Part shown: piece after piece, positions 20,176 to 30,539 of the stretch
Layout: each line of letters opens with the position of its first letter
Position numbering within the stretch: position 1 is the first letter of the stretch
Assembly: GCA_963668175.1 (NCBI GenBank)
Contig: OY764159.1
Coordinates: 2,688,001-2,752,000 of the forward strand
Source of the DNA: Syntrophales bacterium
Lineage (GTDB): Bacteria; Desulfobacterota; Syntrophia; Syntrophales; PHBD01
Length of the DNA: 64,000 bases
Reading direction: 5' to 3'
Position numbers and translations under genes: made by a program
Notes under the pieces: generated by a model
Databases searched by the model: none
What the model was told of the DNA's origin: nothing
Seen by the model: the letters and a program-made list of their open reading frames with translations, nothing else

Positions 20176-20847
20176 TCAGGGGAACGTGGCGCCCTGGGTT
20201 TTCCCGTGCAGGGTGCGCAGATCGTACAGGCTTTCCTTGCTGTGGTAATCGTCCAGGACCGAACGGGCCGCCGCATTGGCCTTCGCCTCCATTTCGCGGC
20301 AGTCGGCGGCGGGCGAAAGCCTGCCGATGGCCTTCTCGATATCCGCGGCCGCGGCGATGCCGATGTCCCGATGGCCGTCCTCGTGGGTCTTCAGGTCCTT
20401 CATGTAGCGCTGCCACCTGTCTGCAAGCTCCCGGGGCGCCTTTCTTTCGTCGCCCCATTTCGGCAGGGTGTAGGTGACGTCGACGGACGTCCTGACATTC
20501 TGCACGGCGCAACGGTTTCCTTCGTTGCGGAAGCCGTAGTTCCACTTTATGTACCAGCGCGTGAAGGCGTCGTAGGTCCTGCCTTCGGGCGATTTGATGC
20601 CGCGCCGGTTCAGGTCCTGCCTGATCTCCTGGGCCGTGAGCCCGCGGACGGCATAATGCTTCACGGCGATGCGGACGTGCGGCTCGGCCAGGGCGGCGGA
20701 GGCCGTAAAGAAGACTGCAAAAGCCGCGATAAGACAGACCGGGAAGGCGGGAACGAGGAGCCGGACGGCCGACGATCCTATGCGGGGCGGGGGCGGCGGA
20801 CATGCCTTCCGCCTCGATATCGAGGTTGCGGATACCGGCTTCATCAT
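20176..20847 (-). CDS. DUF922 family putative secreted Zn-dependent protease
   Basis: HEDGH motif, Y.V.G.T..EI, YD..T.HG.TQG; start uncertain. Confidence 0.85.
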   Translation of the reverse strand: MMKPVSATSISRRKACPPPPPRIGSSAVRLLVPAFPVCLIAAFAVFFTASAALAEPHVRIAVKHYAVRGLTAQEIRQDLNRRGIKSPEGRTYDAFTRWYIKWNYGFRNEGNRCAVQNVRTSVDVTYTLPKWGDERKAPRELADRWQRYMKDLKTHEDGHRDIGIAAAADIEKAIGRLSPAADCREMEAKANAAARSVLDDYHSKESLYDLRTLHGKTQGATFP

Positions 20848-20848
20848 C

Positions 20849-22018
20849 CTACCGCCTGTCGGATTTCTGTTTTTTTATCTGGATTTCGAAAACGGCCTTC
20901 TTGTCCCTGTAGACCGTGTTGGACGGATCGAGACGGATTGCCTCGTTCAGGTCACGGACGGCGGCCTCGTAGTTATGGAAGATATCGCCCCGGAAGAAGG
21001 CCCGCTTGTAGTGATTCTCGGCCGAAGGCGTGAGTTCTATGAGGCTGTCGAGGTCGGCCAGGGCCCCATTGCTGTCGCGCAGGTTGATCCGGCACCACAG
21101 ACGGCCCTCGTAGGCCTGGATATACGAACGATTGAGGGCGATGACCCGGTCGAAGTCGGACGCGGCCTTTGCGTACAGCTTCTCTTTCAGGAACGCTCCC
21201 CCGCGCGCAAGATAAGAGAACGGCGATTCGCCGCGGGAGACGGCCCTGTCGTAATGGGCGACGGCGCCCTGGAAGTCCCCCCGCTCCAGCGCCTGGGAGC
21301 CCTGAGCGATGTCCAGCTCCGCTTCGATGACGGCGAGTCCCGGATAATTCGGGAAGCGCGGCCGGGCGGCGTTCACGACCGCTTCCATCTCGACGATGGA
21401 CCCGCCGTACTGCGGCGTCGAATAACGGAGCCAATGCTGGCGGACGACGACGGTATCGGGATTCTTCCGGAGGGCCTGATCGAGAAGCGCCCGCTTCCGC
21501 TCCGCTCCGGGATATCCGGAGGCGATGACGACCATGTAAGCGTAGGGGTGAATCAGGATGGGATTCAACTCCAGCGCCTTGCGGAGATCCTCCCATGCGT
21601 TGCCGACCATGACGCCGGCCTGCTCTCGCTGGTCGGGAATTCTGCTGGCTATGCTGGCGCGGGTGAAGAGGTAGACGGCCCTGCCGAGGTAGGGCTGGAA
21701 GGCCTGCGGGTGCTTATCGACCCATTCGTCGAACAGCGGCGCTGCCGCCGGGTTTGTGAACTCGAAATCCCAGAGGGCGGCGGTCAGGCGGTCTTCCGTC
21801 CGGAAATCGGCGGCGTACTGCGCCTGCAGGTCGGCGATCTTCCGGTTCAGGATGGTATACTTTTTCTGGAAAAGAAGCTGCCGCAATTCGCCCTGCGCGG
21901 GAGGAGGACCGCCGGCAGCGGACGCGGCGGCGGCGACGCCGGACAGGGTTGCAACATAAAGGACGGCGGCAAGGAACGGCGCGAATCGTCGCGCGAAGGG
22001 GCGGCGTTTTCCGGTCAT
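20849..22018 (-). CDS. Exported TPR protein (DUF4034-like N-terminus)
   Basis: Signal peptide, P.YGGS...M motif, C-terminal TPRs; AGGAG RBS. Confidence 0.8.
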   Translation of the reverse strand: MTGKRRPFARRFAPFLAAVLYVATLSGVAAAASAAGGPPPAQGELRQLLFQKKYTILNRKIADLQAQYAADFRTEDRLTAALWDFEFTNPAAAPLFDEWVDKHPQAFQPYLGRAVYLFTRASIASRIPDQREQAGVMVGNAWEDLRKALELNPILIHPYAYMVVIASGYPGAERKRALLDQALRKNPDTVVVRQHWLRYSTPQYGGSIVEMEAVVNAARPRFPNYPGLAVIEAELDIAQGSQALERGDFQGAVAHYDRAVSRGESPFSYLARGGAFLKEKLYAKAASDFDRVIALNRSYIQAYEGRLWCRINLRDSNGALADLDSLIELTPSAENHYKRAFFRGDIFHNYEAAVRDLNEAIRLDPSNTVYRDKKAVFEIQIKKQKSDRR

Positions 22019-22595
22019 GGAGACTCCTTCCTGAAAACCGGGCGGGTTAAAGTCGTTTACTTTGCGGCAGTATAGGGAAAAAGACCTTCCGGCGTCAAGC
22101 GAATCGTGACCGGAAAAACAGGAAAGGGGATGCAGGCATGCGGACACGGCGGCGTCAAGGCGGTCCGGCCGGACGGCCGCGGCGGCCATGATGTACACTT
22201 GTGAAAACGTTCGCCGGGTGCCGGGGGCCGTAGTCCGCCGTGTCCGGAACGGCCGGTCATGTCCGATATCCCGGACAGAAAAGCGCGCGGGCCGCGGCTT
22301 CGCAGAAGCGCGTTTCGCCCGGCAAAGGCCGCCGGGCGTTTGCACATCTGCATGACGCTGCAGACGAGAGGAGCTTTGCTTCCATGCAGGACGACGGAAA
22401 TAGCGGCCCGGCAGGTCATCCGTAACGCCTTGGGCTCAAAGGAAAAAGCGCGGCCTTGACGGACAGGCGGCTTCAGGATGCTGGCCCCCTGCGATGCGAT
22501 GCGCAAAGAAACGGCCGCGACCATCCGATGCCGAATCGGCTCCTGTATCGCATCCGGATCGGACGGAACCGGGTTTGCCGTCCGGCCCCGGCAAC

Positions 22596-22611
22596 TGGTA
22601 TACGATTTGCA
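22596..22611 (+). promoter_or_regulatory. Sigma54 promoter TGGTAT-N5-TTGCA
   Basis: -24/-12 consensus 44 bp upstream of the 22655 start. Confidence 0.65.
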
Positions 22612-22654
22612 AATGCTCAGGTAAATTCACTCAAACTCAAGAGGAGGTTGTAAA

Positions 22655-22975
22655 ATGAAACGTGTTGTATTGATGGCAGTGGCTGCGTTATTTCTCATGG
22701 CGTTACCCGCATTCGCGCAGGACAGCGACAAACCCATTGCACCGAAGAAACAGATCAAGGTACAGACCGATCAGGAACAGACGATGAAGGCCGAACCGGC
22801 CGCCAAGAAGGGCAACAAGCCGAAGAAGCAGGTCAAGGCTCAGACCGACCAGGAACAGACCATGAAGGCCGAACCTGCCGCCAAGAAGGGCCTGAAGCCG
22901 AAGAAGACGAAGAAGGTGCAGACCGATACGGAAATTCAGGAATCCGGACAGAAGAAACCTGTATCGAAGCCCTGA
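22655..22975 (+). CDS. Small exported Lys-rich protein with ~24-aa repeats
   Basis: Signal peptide; QTDQEQTMKAEPAAKKG twice; GAGGAGG RBS. Confidence 0.8.
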   Translation: MKRVVLMAVAALFLMALPAFAQDSDKPIAPKKQIKVQTDQEQTMKAEPAAKKGNKPKKQVKAQTDQEQTMKAEPAAKKGLKPKKTKKVQTDTEIQESGQKKPVSKP

Positions 22976-23016
22976 GCGCGGCATCGCGGCGATCTTTTCC
23001 TGAAAGGATCGGTTAA

Positions 23017-23052
23017 AGAAAAAAAGGCACGAAGCGATTCGTGCCTTTTTTT
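23017..23052. terminator. Intrinsic terminator
   Basis: aaaaggcacgaa-gcga-ttcgtgcctttttt. Confidence 0.85.
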
Positions 23053-23297
23053 GTGAAAATGTAAAATCGAAATGGGAAGAGACCATGATAAAACGAACCA
23101 TGCAAAGGACAGAGACGGAGAAATGTCGACGAACGCCGTTCCTGTTTTCTGCTTTCGGATATGGCATGGACGGCTGCTTTGCAGGCGCAGGGGTGCATTA
23201 ATAAATCCGGAAGGCCCCTTCGCGCAAAAAAAAGCGGGGCCGCAAAGGCAGCCCCGCCTGGTCTCGTAAAAGCATGGACGGGTGAATATACGCCGCG

Positions 23298-23648
23298 TCA
23301 GTCGTTCATGTCGTGCCTGATGTGGCGGTAGAGGTTCCGGACCTCGTTCTGCATATTGTGGCATTCGCGGGGAGAGAGCCTGCCGTCCGACTCGTAGCGG
23401 TGCAGGTCGCCCTCGACCCTTTTCAGGTGACGGCGGAGATTCTCGGCCTCTTTATGGTCGATCTGCCTGGTCCTGATCCCGTGATCGATGACCCGGTGGG
23501 CCTTGTTCAGTTCCTTGCGCACTTCATGCCTGCATGCGTGCGCCTCCCTTTCGTGCCGCCCCTCCCGGCCGTACTGGGCGAAACACGGTGCGGCGAAATA
23601 GATGCCGCAGAAGATAATGAAAATCGTCAAAGCGAACCGCTTCTTCAT
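23298..23648 (-). CDS. Exported His/Arg-rich helical hypothetical protein
   Basis: Signal peptide; DGRLSPRE motif; terminator-like hairpin at ~23226-23258. Confidence 0.7.
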   Translation of the reverse strand: MKKRFALTIFIIFCGIYFAAPCFAQYGREGRHEREAHACRHEVRKELNKAHRVIDHGIRTRQIDHKEAENLRRHLKRVEGDLHRYESDGRLSPRECHNMQNEVRNLYRHIRHDMND

Positions 23649-23947
23649 GTCCAAACCCCCTTTCCCGGATGAAAACATCGTTGAACGTTAAACACCCACG
23701 CCATATACCAGCATAATATAAGTATCACGGAGGATAATAAAGTCAATGGGAAAAGGCCGGGAGGCGTAAAAACGGCTTCATGAGCCTATTCGCGGCTTCC
23801 GGGATGGTCGTCCTGATCGGGATGAAATAAAATACGGCCGATTCGCCCTCAGGAAAATGGAGGCGCAAAATCAGGCTTCGGCGCATTGTGCAACGGGCGG
23901 AATCCGGTATGCTGTGGAAGTCACACACAAGACCGGAGGCATGGCCC

Positions 23948-24115
23948 ATGGCGCAATTCTTCACGGACCCCGTCTGCAATCGCGTCGTCGAGAAGGACAA
24001 GGCGGTCCACAGCACCGACCGGGACGGGGAGACGTTCTATTTCTGCTCTGCGGAATGCAAGGAAAAGTTCGACGTGAAAGTGATCGCCGACATGATCGAC
24101 TATCTGAAGTCGTGA
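23948..24115 (+). CDS. YHS-domain protein
   Basis: DPVC...G.TFYFCS..CK..F; GGAGG RBS. Confidence 0.8.
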   Translation: MAQFFTDPVCNRVVEKDKAVHSTDRDGETFYFCSAECKEKFDVKVIADMIDYLKS

Positions 24116-24415
24116 GCGGGCGGGTGCGGCGGAAGGATCGGGCATGAAGCGGCGTACCGGTTGCCGGCGCCGCCCCTGCGGATGGTTGAGGGGGGAGGCG
24201 GGAGCTTTCACGGCCTTTGGTGGAAAGGACATGTCCGCTGCCCGCCTTGGGAATGGATCAATATTAAAAAACGAGAAGGACGGCGCCGTTCAGGGGGCCG
24301 GCTGCCGTTTCGCGGGAAGGCCTTCCGTCTTTTAAAATCGTTGGTGTTGCCTCCTCTGTCTATCGGTTCTGCACTGCCATGTCCGCAAAGAGATTGCGGC
24401 CGGACGGCGGCCCGT

Positions 24416-25777
24416 TCACGAATTCCGCAGTCCGTCTTTCAAGGGGACGACCTTGGCCGTCCCGGTTTCGGTTTGCCCGAGTCCCCGTTTCTTCCGTTTT
24501 CCCGCCGTCCGTGCCGCCCGTTCGGACCCGGCTTTCCCGCCGACGGCCCGCAAAGGGGCTCGGGCGCTGCGGGCCGACCCGACGGCGACGAGCGATACCA
24601 GGTCGCCGACGAAGCCGCTGATATGCATGGCCTGGGTCCTCATCTCCTGCACCGTCGAAGCCGATGTTTCCGCGTTGGCGGCGTCTTGCCCGGGCGCCGC
24701 AGGATTCACATCGCGGCCCGTCGCGTTGATCCGCAGGGTCTGTTCGCCGGAGACCGGAAGAATCCAGCCATAGTCGTAATCAGGCGTTTCCGGGACGCGT
24801 GCGGGCGCCGTGGACGGGCGGGCGGAAAAGTAGACCGCCGCGGCGGCAAAAAGGGCGAGAAGGGTCGCCGCGATCCCCAGGACGTCGCTCGCAGCGCCGA
24901 AGGAATACGGCATCTCGTCGGCGGGGACGGTCGCGAGAACGCTCCAGCCGTTGATTTTGACGGGGACGAAACCCGCGTACATGCGGATTCCCCGGCGCGT
25001 ATAGGTCATGACGCCCTTTTCCCCGGCGAGGACCCGCTTCATTACCGCTTCCATGCCCGGTGCGGCCGCCGGGTTATGGCGCAGGATCTGCCCGGAGCCG
25101 GGGCCGACAACGGCGGCTCCTTCCCTGTCGAGGACAAAGGCGCGGCCCGTCCTGCCCAGTTTCATCCCGTCGATCGCCGCGGCAAGGAAGGACACCTTCA
25201 TCCCGCCCGCGACGGCGCCGATGACGCGGCCGTTTTCATCCCGGACCGGATGGGAGAGGATGCAGACGGGTGTCCCGGTCCTATCGGACATCACGGTCTT
25301 ATCGAGGCTGGTCTTGCCCTGCATGGCCGACCTGAAATATGCTCCCGCCCTGATGACGCTTCCCCTGGCCGCCCCGCCGATATTGTCGGCGAGGACGATG
25401 CCGTCCCTGTCGGCGACGACGATGGCGTCAAACCGCCCTTCGGTGAGAGACCGGACGCCGTCCAGTTCCCTCTGGAGCAGGCCGGTTTTCGCACTTTCGC
25501 CGCCGGCGTTCCTTTCCTTGACGGCCCGGATCACGGAGTCCCTTGCAGCCAGCATGGCGATGGCGGCGGACTCGGAAGCGATGGCGCCGTCGACCGTCTC
25601 GGCGATGTTCCCGGAGATCATGCCGAGCTGCTCTTCCGTTTCTCTTTCAAGGTTTGACGTCGTATTGTAAAAGATCGCGGAACCGAGAACGACCGCGAAA
25701 ACGGCCGCCGCGAGGCACCCTCCCAGCGTCCGTCCCGCCTTCCCATTCCTGCTTCCGAAGGAAAAATCGTTCCTCAT
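24416..25777 (-). CDS. Cache-domain chemoreceptor lacking most of the MCP signalling domain (possible pseudogene)
   Basis: TM-dCache-TM, then only a terminal MCP-like helix AANAETSAS..QEM..QA. Confidence 0.7.
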   Translation of the reverse strand: MRNDFSFGSRNGKAGRTLGGCLAAAVFAVVLGSAIFYNTTSNLERETEEQLGMISGNIAETVDGAIASESAAIAMLAARDSVIRAVKERNAGGESAKTGLLQRELDGVRSLTEGRFDAIVVADRDGIVLADNIGGAARGSVIRAGAYFRSAMQGKTSLDKTVMSDRTGTPVCILSHPVRDENGRVIGAVAGGMKVSFLAAAIDGMKLGRTGRAFVLDREGAAVVGPGSGQILRHNPAAAPGMEAVMKRVLAGEKGVMTYTRRGIRMYAGFVPVKINGWSVLATVPADEMPYSFGAASDVLGIAATLLALFAAAAVYFSARPSTAPARVPETPDYDYGWILPVSGEQTLRINATGRDVNPAAPGQDAANAETSASTVQEMRTQAMHISGFVGDLVSLVAVGSARSARAPLRAVGGKAGSERAARTAGKRKKRGLGQTETGTAKVVPLKDGLRNS

Positions 25778-25793
25778 GAAGGTTTCCTCGATC

Positions 25794-26436
25794 GTCCGGT
25801 TATGATATGCCGCGGCCGGTTTCGGGGTTTAAAAGGGCAGGGCGGGGAAGGAACCGCGATGCCGGGAGGTAAGCGCGGCAGTCGACTCCTCGCCCCTGCG
25901 CCCGCTGCCTTGTCAGTGCAATAAAGTCTCCGCTATGGCGAGTTCGGAATTAAGAACCTGGTCGATGTCGAGGAGGATCTTCACGCCTCCCGCCGTCTTC
26001 GCCAGCCCCAGAATGTATTCCGTGTCCAGCTTCGTCCCGAAGTTGGGCGTCTCCTCGATCTCCGCCTCCTTGATGTTGAGGACCTCCGAAACGGCGTCCA
26101 CCACGATGCCGATGAGGAAGTCCTGCCCGCTGCCGTGACGGATGTCGACGACGACGATGCAGGTGCGGTCCGTGTACTCCGACTCTTCCATGCTGAACCT
26201 AAGCCTGAGGTCCACGACGGGGATCACCTTGCCGCGGAGGTTGATGACGCCCTTGACGTAGTCGGGCGTCCTGGGGATCTGGGTGACGGTCATCATGCCG
26301 ATGATCTCCTTGATCTTGAGGATTTCGATGCCGTACTCCTCCCCCTTGAGGCTGAAGGTGAGATACTTTCCTTCCCTGGTCTGGATTGCGGTGCCTGTAC
26401 TCTCCATATGGACGGTCTCCTTCCGCGCCGGGCGCG
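25794..26436. repeat. ~640-bp direct repeat containing cheW, copy 1
   Basis: Nearly identical to 26732-27374 (offset 938 bp). Confidence 0.95.
25913..26407 (-). CDS. cheW: Chemotaxis protein CheW
   Basis: KYLTF.L..EEYG, VKGVINLRGKVIPVVDLR, GIVVDAVSEV. Confidence 0.95.
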   Translation of the reverse strand: MESTGTAIQTREGKYLTFSLKGEEYGIEILKIKEIIGMMTVTQIPRTPDYVKGVINLRGKVIPVVDLRLRFSMEESEYTDRTCIVVVDIRHGSGQDFLIGIVVDAVSEVLNIKEAEIEETPNFGTKLDTEYILGLAKTAGGVKILLDIDQVLNSELAIAETLLH

Positions 26437-26731
26437 GATCGGTGAAATAGAATACGGGTGAAAAGACGGGGGCTTGATGCCTTGGAGGATAGGCGGTGAG
26501 AGCCCCCGTCTTTTCTGACGATTGCCCCGTCAGAAATCCCTGAATTCGTCGCCTGTCCTGTCGGCAACGACGTCTGTTCTACTTGTTCCGTGTTCCCGGG
26601 CGTAGCCCTTCTTCGCGTCCGGCTTCGGCGCCGGAACGGATGATAGCCATGAGGCATCCTCCCGTCATCAGCCTTGCTTTCAGTCCGCTGTTCAGGACGG
26701 AAAAACCTTTACTCATGGGGGTTTCCTGAGT

Positions 26732-27374
26732 GTCCGGTTATGGTATGCCGCGGCCGGTTTCGGGGTTTAAAAGGGCAGGGCAGGGAAGGAACCGCGATGC
26801 CGGGAGGTAAGCGCGGCAGTCGACTCCTCGCCCCTGCGCCCGCTGCCTTGTCAGTGCAATAAAGTCTCCGCTATGGCGAGTTCGGAATTAAGAACCTGGT
26901 CGATGTCGAGGAGGATCTTCACGCCTCCCGCCGTCTTCGCCAGCCCCAGAATGTATTCCGTGTCCAGCTTCGTCCCGAAGTTGGGCGTCTCCTCGATCTC
27001 CGCCTCCTTGATGTTGAGGACCTCCGAAACGGCGTCCACCACGATGCCGATGAGGAAGTCCTGCCCGCTGCCGTGACGGATGTCGACGACGACGATGCAG
27101 GTGCGGTCCGTGTACTCCGACTCTTCCATGCTGAACCTAAGCCTGAGGTCCACGACGGGGATCACCTTGCCGCGGAGGTTGATGACGCCCTTGACGTAGT
27201 CGGGCGTCCTGGGGATCTGGGTGACGGTCATCATGCCGATGATCTCTTTGATCTTGAGGATTTCGATGCCGTACTCCTCCCCCTTGAGGCTGAAGGTGAG
27301 GTACTTTCCTTCCCTGGTCTGGATTGCGGTGCCTGTACTCTCCATATGGACGGTCTCCTTCCGCGCCGGGCGCG
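26732..27374. repeat. ~640-bp direct repeat containing cheW, copy 2
   Basis: Nearly identical to 25794-26436. Confidence 0.95.
26851..27345 (-). CDS. cheW: Chemotaxis protein CheW (identical protein copy)
   Basis: Translation identical to 25913..26407. Confidence 0.95.
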   Translation of the reverse strand: MESTGTAIQTREGKYLTFSLKGEEYGIEILKIKEIIGMMTVTQIPRTPDYVKGVINLRGKVIPVVDLRLRFSMEESEYTDRTCIVVVDIRHGSGQDFLIGIVVDAVSEVLNIKEAEIEETPNFGTKLDTEYILGLAKTAGGVKILLDIDQVLNSELAIAETLLH

Positions 27375-28096
27375 AGTAGTGACGTATTAGCGAAGGGGAA
27401 AAGACGGAAGCCGGACGCGTTGGAGGGGGGAAACCGCTGCCGGCCCCGTCTTTTCGGATTTCTACGTGTTAACGAATCCGGGAAAACGCTTTTGGGAGAT
27501 TCTCCGCGTTTCCCGCCTGCCGTGTGCGACCCTCAGTCTGCCTGCGGGAGGGGCGTGCCGCCTTGCAGACAACTCGGGACGCGCCATATTGAAGCCCCTT
27601 GCTGCGGGCATGTATCGCCAGCCACCATATCTTCGCGGGAACGAACGGCGGAGCTTAAGTACAGGCTTGATGACGGAATCGCCGCAGTATCAGGTCGAAC
27701 GGTTCGCTTGGCGCTTGGGTTTCCCGCCTGCCTCCGCATGTGCCGTAAAACCACGCATGAAAATGTCCGGCCGCATCCGGGTGCCGGTCAAGGGTAGAGG
27801 GCGTCTTTATGATCTTCCTTAAAAAGTAAACAAGATTTATGCCAGGAGCGAATAGATGGAGAGAAAGGTTCAAATAACATGAATAAACAAGGAGATAAGA
27901 AAAATAGCGCCCGTGCCGGGGGAATGCCTGTCCGCCGAAGCCGGACAGGGGGAGGGATCGGAGGCGATTCCCCGTCCGCCGTTGCTGGACATGGACGTAG
28001 TCGTTCGGGATGCCGGCCGGCGGCGGCGCGGCAAACCGGGAATGCCCGGAAACAAAGGATGCGCGGGGATTCCCGGCTGCCGGAATATCCGCCGGA

Positions 28097-28777
28097 TCAT
28101 CGATTATCGAGAATCTTCACTGCGCCCGAGTCGAGATAGTACTCGGCGAGAACGACCCTGATTTTTTTCGAGGCGACCATCTCCTTTAGGATGGGGCTTT
28201 TCGCCATGAGCTCCCGGTAGACGTTCCGGACGTTCCCCTGGATGCTCGCTTCCATGATGTCCCCGCCCTTGGACTTGGCCTCTTTCACCGCCGGCATGAT
28301 CTTGGCGACGATGGCGCCGATGCTGTCGTGGGGATGGCCCTTCTCCTTCCTGACGGGCTTGCCCGCGGCGTCGACCGTGGCCTTGACGGCGCCGCAGCCC
28401 TGGTGGCCGAGGATGACGAGAAGCGGCGCATGGAGGTGCTCGATGCCGTATTCGAGGCTGCCGATGCCGATCGTATCGACCGTGTTGCCCGCCGTCCGCA
28501 CAACGAAGAGATCGCCCAGGCCCTGGTCGAAGAGCAGCTCCGGCGGGACCCGCGAATCCGAACATGAAAGGATCACGGCGAAGGGATGCTGCCCCTTCGT
28601 CAGCTCCTTCCTGCGTGCATCGCTGATGTCGCCGACCCCGTACGTGCCGTCCACGAACCGCTTGTTGCCGTCCATGAGTTTGGTTTGCGCTTCGTCGCTG
28701 CCGCCGTCCGCCTGTATCGTGCCGCAGATGAAGAACATCGCCGTCAACATGCCGAAAAGAATGATAATCTTCTTCAT
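28097..28777 (-). CDS. Exported beta-class carbonic anhydrase
   Basis: CSDSRV, DLFVVRTAGN, LGH..CGAV; signal peptide; AAGGAG RBS. Confidence 0.93.
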   Translation of the reverse strand: MKKIIILFGMLTAMFFICGTIQADGGSDEAQTKLMDGNKRFVDGTYGVGDISDARRKELTKGQHPFAVILSCSDSRVPPELLFDQGLGDLFVVRTAGNTVDTIGIGSLEYGIEHLHAPLLVILGHQGCGAVKATVDAAGKPVRKEKGHPHDSIGAIVAKIMPAVKEAKSKGGDIMEASIQGNVRNVYRELMAKSPILKEMVASKKIRVVLAEYYLDSGAVKILDNR

Positions 28778-29094
28778 AGCAAACTCCTTAAAGGTGATTT
28801 GAGATATCGTCTGTTGCACGATGTCCCACCGTCTGACCATACAGTATTCGTGCCAGATGCGCGCCCGGCCGGGAAGACGGGGCCGGAGTGCGAACGCCGC
28901 CCCGGTTGATATAGAATCGTGTCAAGGGGCAAAGAGAGGCCGTTTGACGGCCCCAGCCGGCCGCAGGCGGCCGCGAACGGAGGCGCGGGAAACCCGGTGT
29001 ATAATGCAATGAGACGGGGCCACGCAGGCGGTCCTTAAAAGATCGGAGGTTGGAATGGACGGTGCGGCTTTCAGGGCAGGAATGGAGATCGCGA

Positions 29095-29319
29095 ATGGCG
29101 AACGGGGATATTGAAACGGCCGTACAGGGCTGGCGGGCCATTGCGAAGACGGTCGGCTGGTCGCTCCGGTCCGCGTACCGCCGCCGGGACGAACTGCGGG
29201 AGGCGGGCGTCGTCTTCTACCGCAAGACGGGCAGGCCGCCGAAGAAGGCCGTCTTCCACTTCCCGTCGCGACTGAAGGACTGGATCGCCCGCAAGTCCGC
29301 CGCGGGCGAGAAGATATGA
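29095..29319 (+). CDS. Small basic HTH-like protein (phage/excisionase-like)
   Basis: GW.AIA...G.S.R.A.R helix-turn-helix-like pattern; GGAG RBS. Confidence 0.55.
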   Translation: MANGDIETAVQGWRAIAKTVGWSLRSAYRRRDELREAGVVFYRKTGRPPKKAVFHFPSRLKDWIARKSAAGEKI

Positions 29320-29329
29320 CGTCCGGCCC

Positions 29330-30244
29330 TCAGTGGAGGTCGTCGGCAAAATCGTTTTCGCCGATGCGGTACGTCTTCTGGTTGCCCCTGTACAGATACA
29401 GATCGACGGCGCCGCCCTTGACGCCGTCCCCCTCGGGTTTTTCTTCAAGGGCGAAAGGTTCCGAGCGGAAGCAGTCGCCCGTGCTCAGGTTCCTGTACCG
29501 GACGTCGTATTTGCCGTTGCGGATGCCCTTGACGGTGTACCGGTCGCCCGCCCGGACGAATAAGACCCGGACGGCCTTTTCCCCCGGCTCGTCGAGGCGG
29601 AAGATCTTGACGAGCATGTCGGAGTTCGTGTTGCCGTTGTCCACCGTGACCTGCGAGCTGCCGTCGGTATGCCTGGTCTGATATCCCTGGATGTGACCCG
29701 ATACTTTCGGCCAGGCCGCGCCGTTTTCCGCGACGGGCGGCCTGACATACCTGGGCTCGGAAGGCGTCAGTCTGCCCTGCGGTTCGAAGACAGGCTCCTC
29801 CCTGTTCTTCTTTATGCCGATGTAGGCGACAAGGACCAGGATCAGAAGGAAGTAGAAGAACCAATACCTGGCAAGATAGGACAGGACCGTGGCGTTGTTC
29901 GCGGCCGCGCGGCCGGCGGGAGCGGCCGGGCCCTTGCGCGGGGGCGGTTTGGGGACGGAAGCCGACGACGCGGCGCTGTAGGCGCTGCGGACGGATTCCG
30001 ACGCGGTCTTTCCGTCCCGCTCCATGCCGGCTATCCAGGCGTCGTGCTCTTTCCTCTTTTCCGGGTCGGAGAGGACCTTGTAGGAGGCGTTGATGATGGA
30101 CATGATCTCCGCGGACCGGGGATCGTCCATGTTCTTGTCGGGGTGGTATTTCTGGGAAAGGGACCGGTAGGCGGCGCGGATGACCTCGATGGGCGCGTCG
30201 CGCGCAACTTTCAGGTTGTCGTAATGGGTTCTGAACTTCGCCAA
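29330..30244 (-). CDS. J-domain (DnaJ-type) membrane protein
   Basis: THYDNLKV...AAYR.L..KYHPD, TM, C-terminal beta domain. Confidence 0.88.
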   Translation of the reverse strand: MAKFRTHYDNLKVARDAPIEVIRAAYRSLSQKYHPDKNMDDPRSAEIMSIINASYKVLSDPEKRKEHDAWIAGMERDGKTASESVRSAYSAASSASVPKPPPRKGPAAPAGRAAANNATVLSYLARYWFFYFLLILVLVAYIGIKKNREEPVFEPQGRLTPSEPRYVRPPVAENGAAWPKVSGHIQGYQTRHTDGSSQVTVDNGNTNSDMLVKIFRLDEPGEKAVRVLFVRAGDRYTVKGIRNGKYDVRYRNLSTGDCFRSEPFALEEKPEGDGVKGGAVDLYLYRGNQKTYRIGENDFADDLH

Positions 30245-30539
30245 GGCGTCACCGTATCGCGTCTTTCGCCGCTTCGGTCCCCGCTCCTCGCCGGGGACGC
30301 CGAATGAAGATATGCTATCTTATTCGCCTTGGAATATCAACAATTTTGGGGGACTGCCCGTTCCGCGGAGTGCACTGGCGAACTTTCGAGGACGCTCCGG
30401 GAACCGGTGTACGTACGCCGGATTTCAACCATGCAGTGGAGGGTATCGCGTCATATATATAGCGGCGATGCGCCTGGGATATTGTCGCAGAATTAAGTAT
30501 GGATGTCCCCGGAACTTTCAGGAATCTCACTGTGGTTTC

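Noticed and set aside
28025..28085. GGCAAAC...GGCTGCCG resembling a c-di-GMP-I riboswitch
   Set aside because: Lacks the GAAA tetraloop/CGCAAAGC core; better explained as a simple hairpin after the carbonic anhydrase gene
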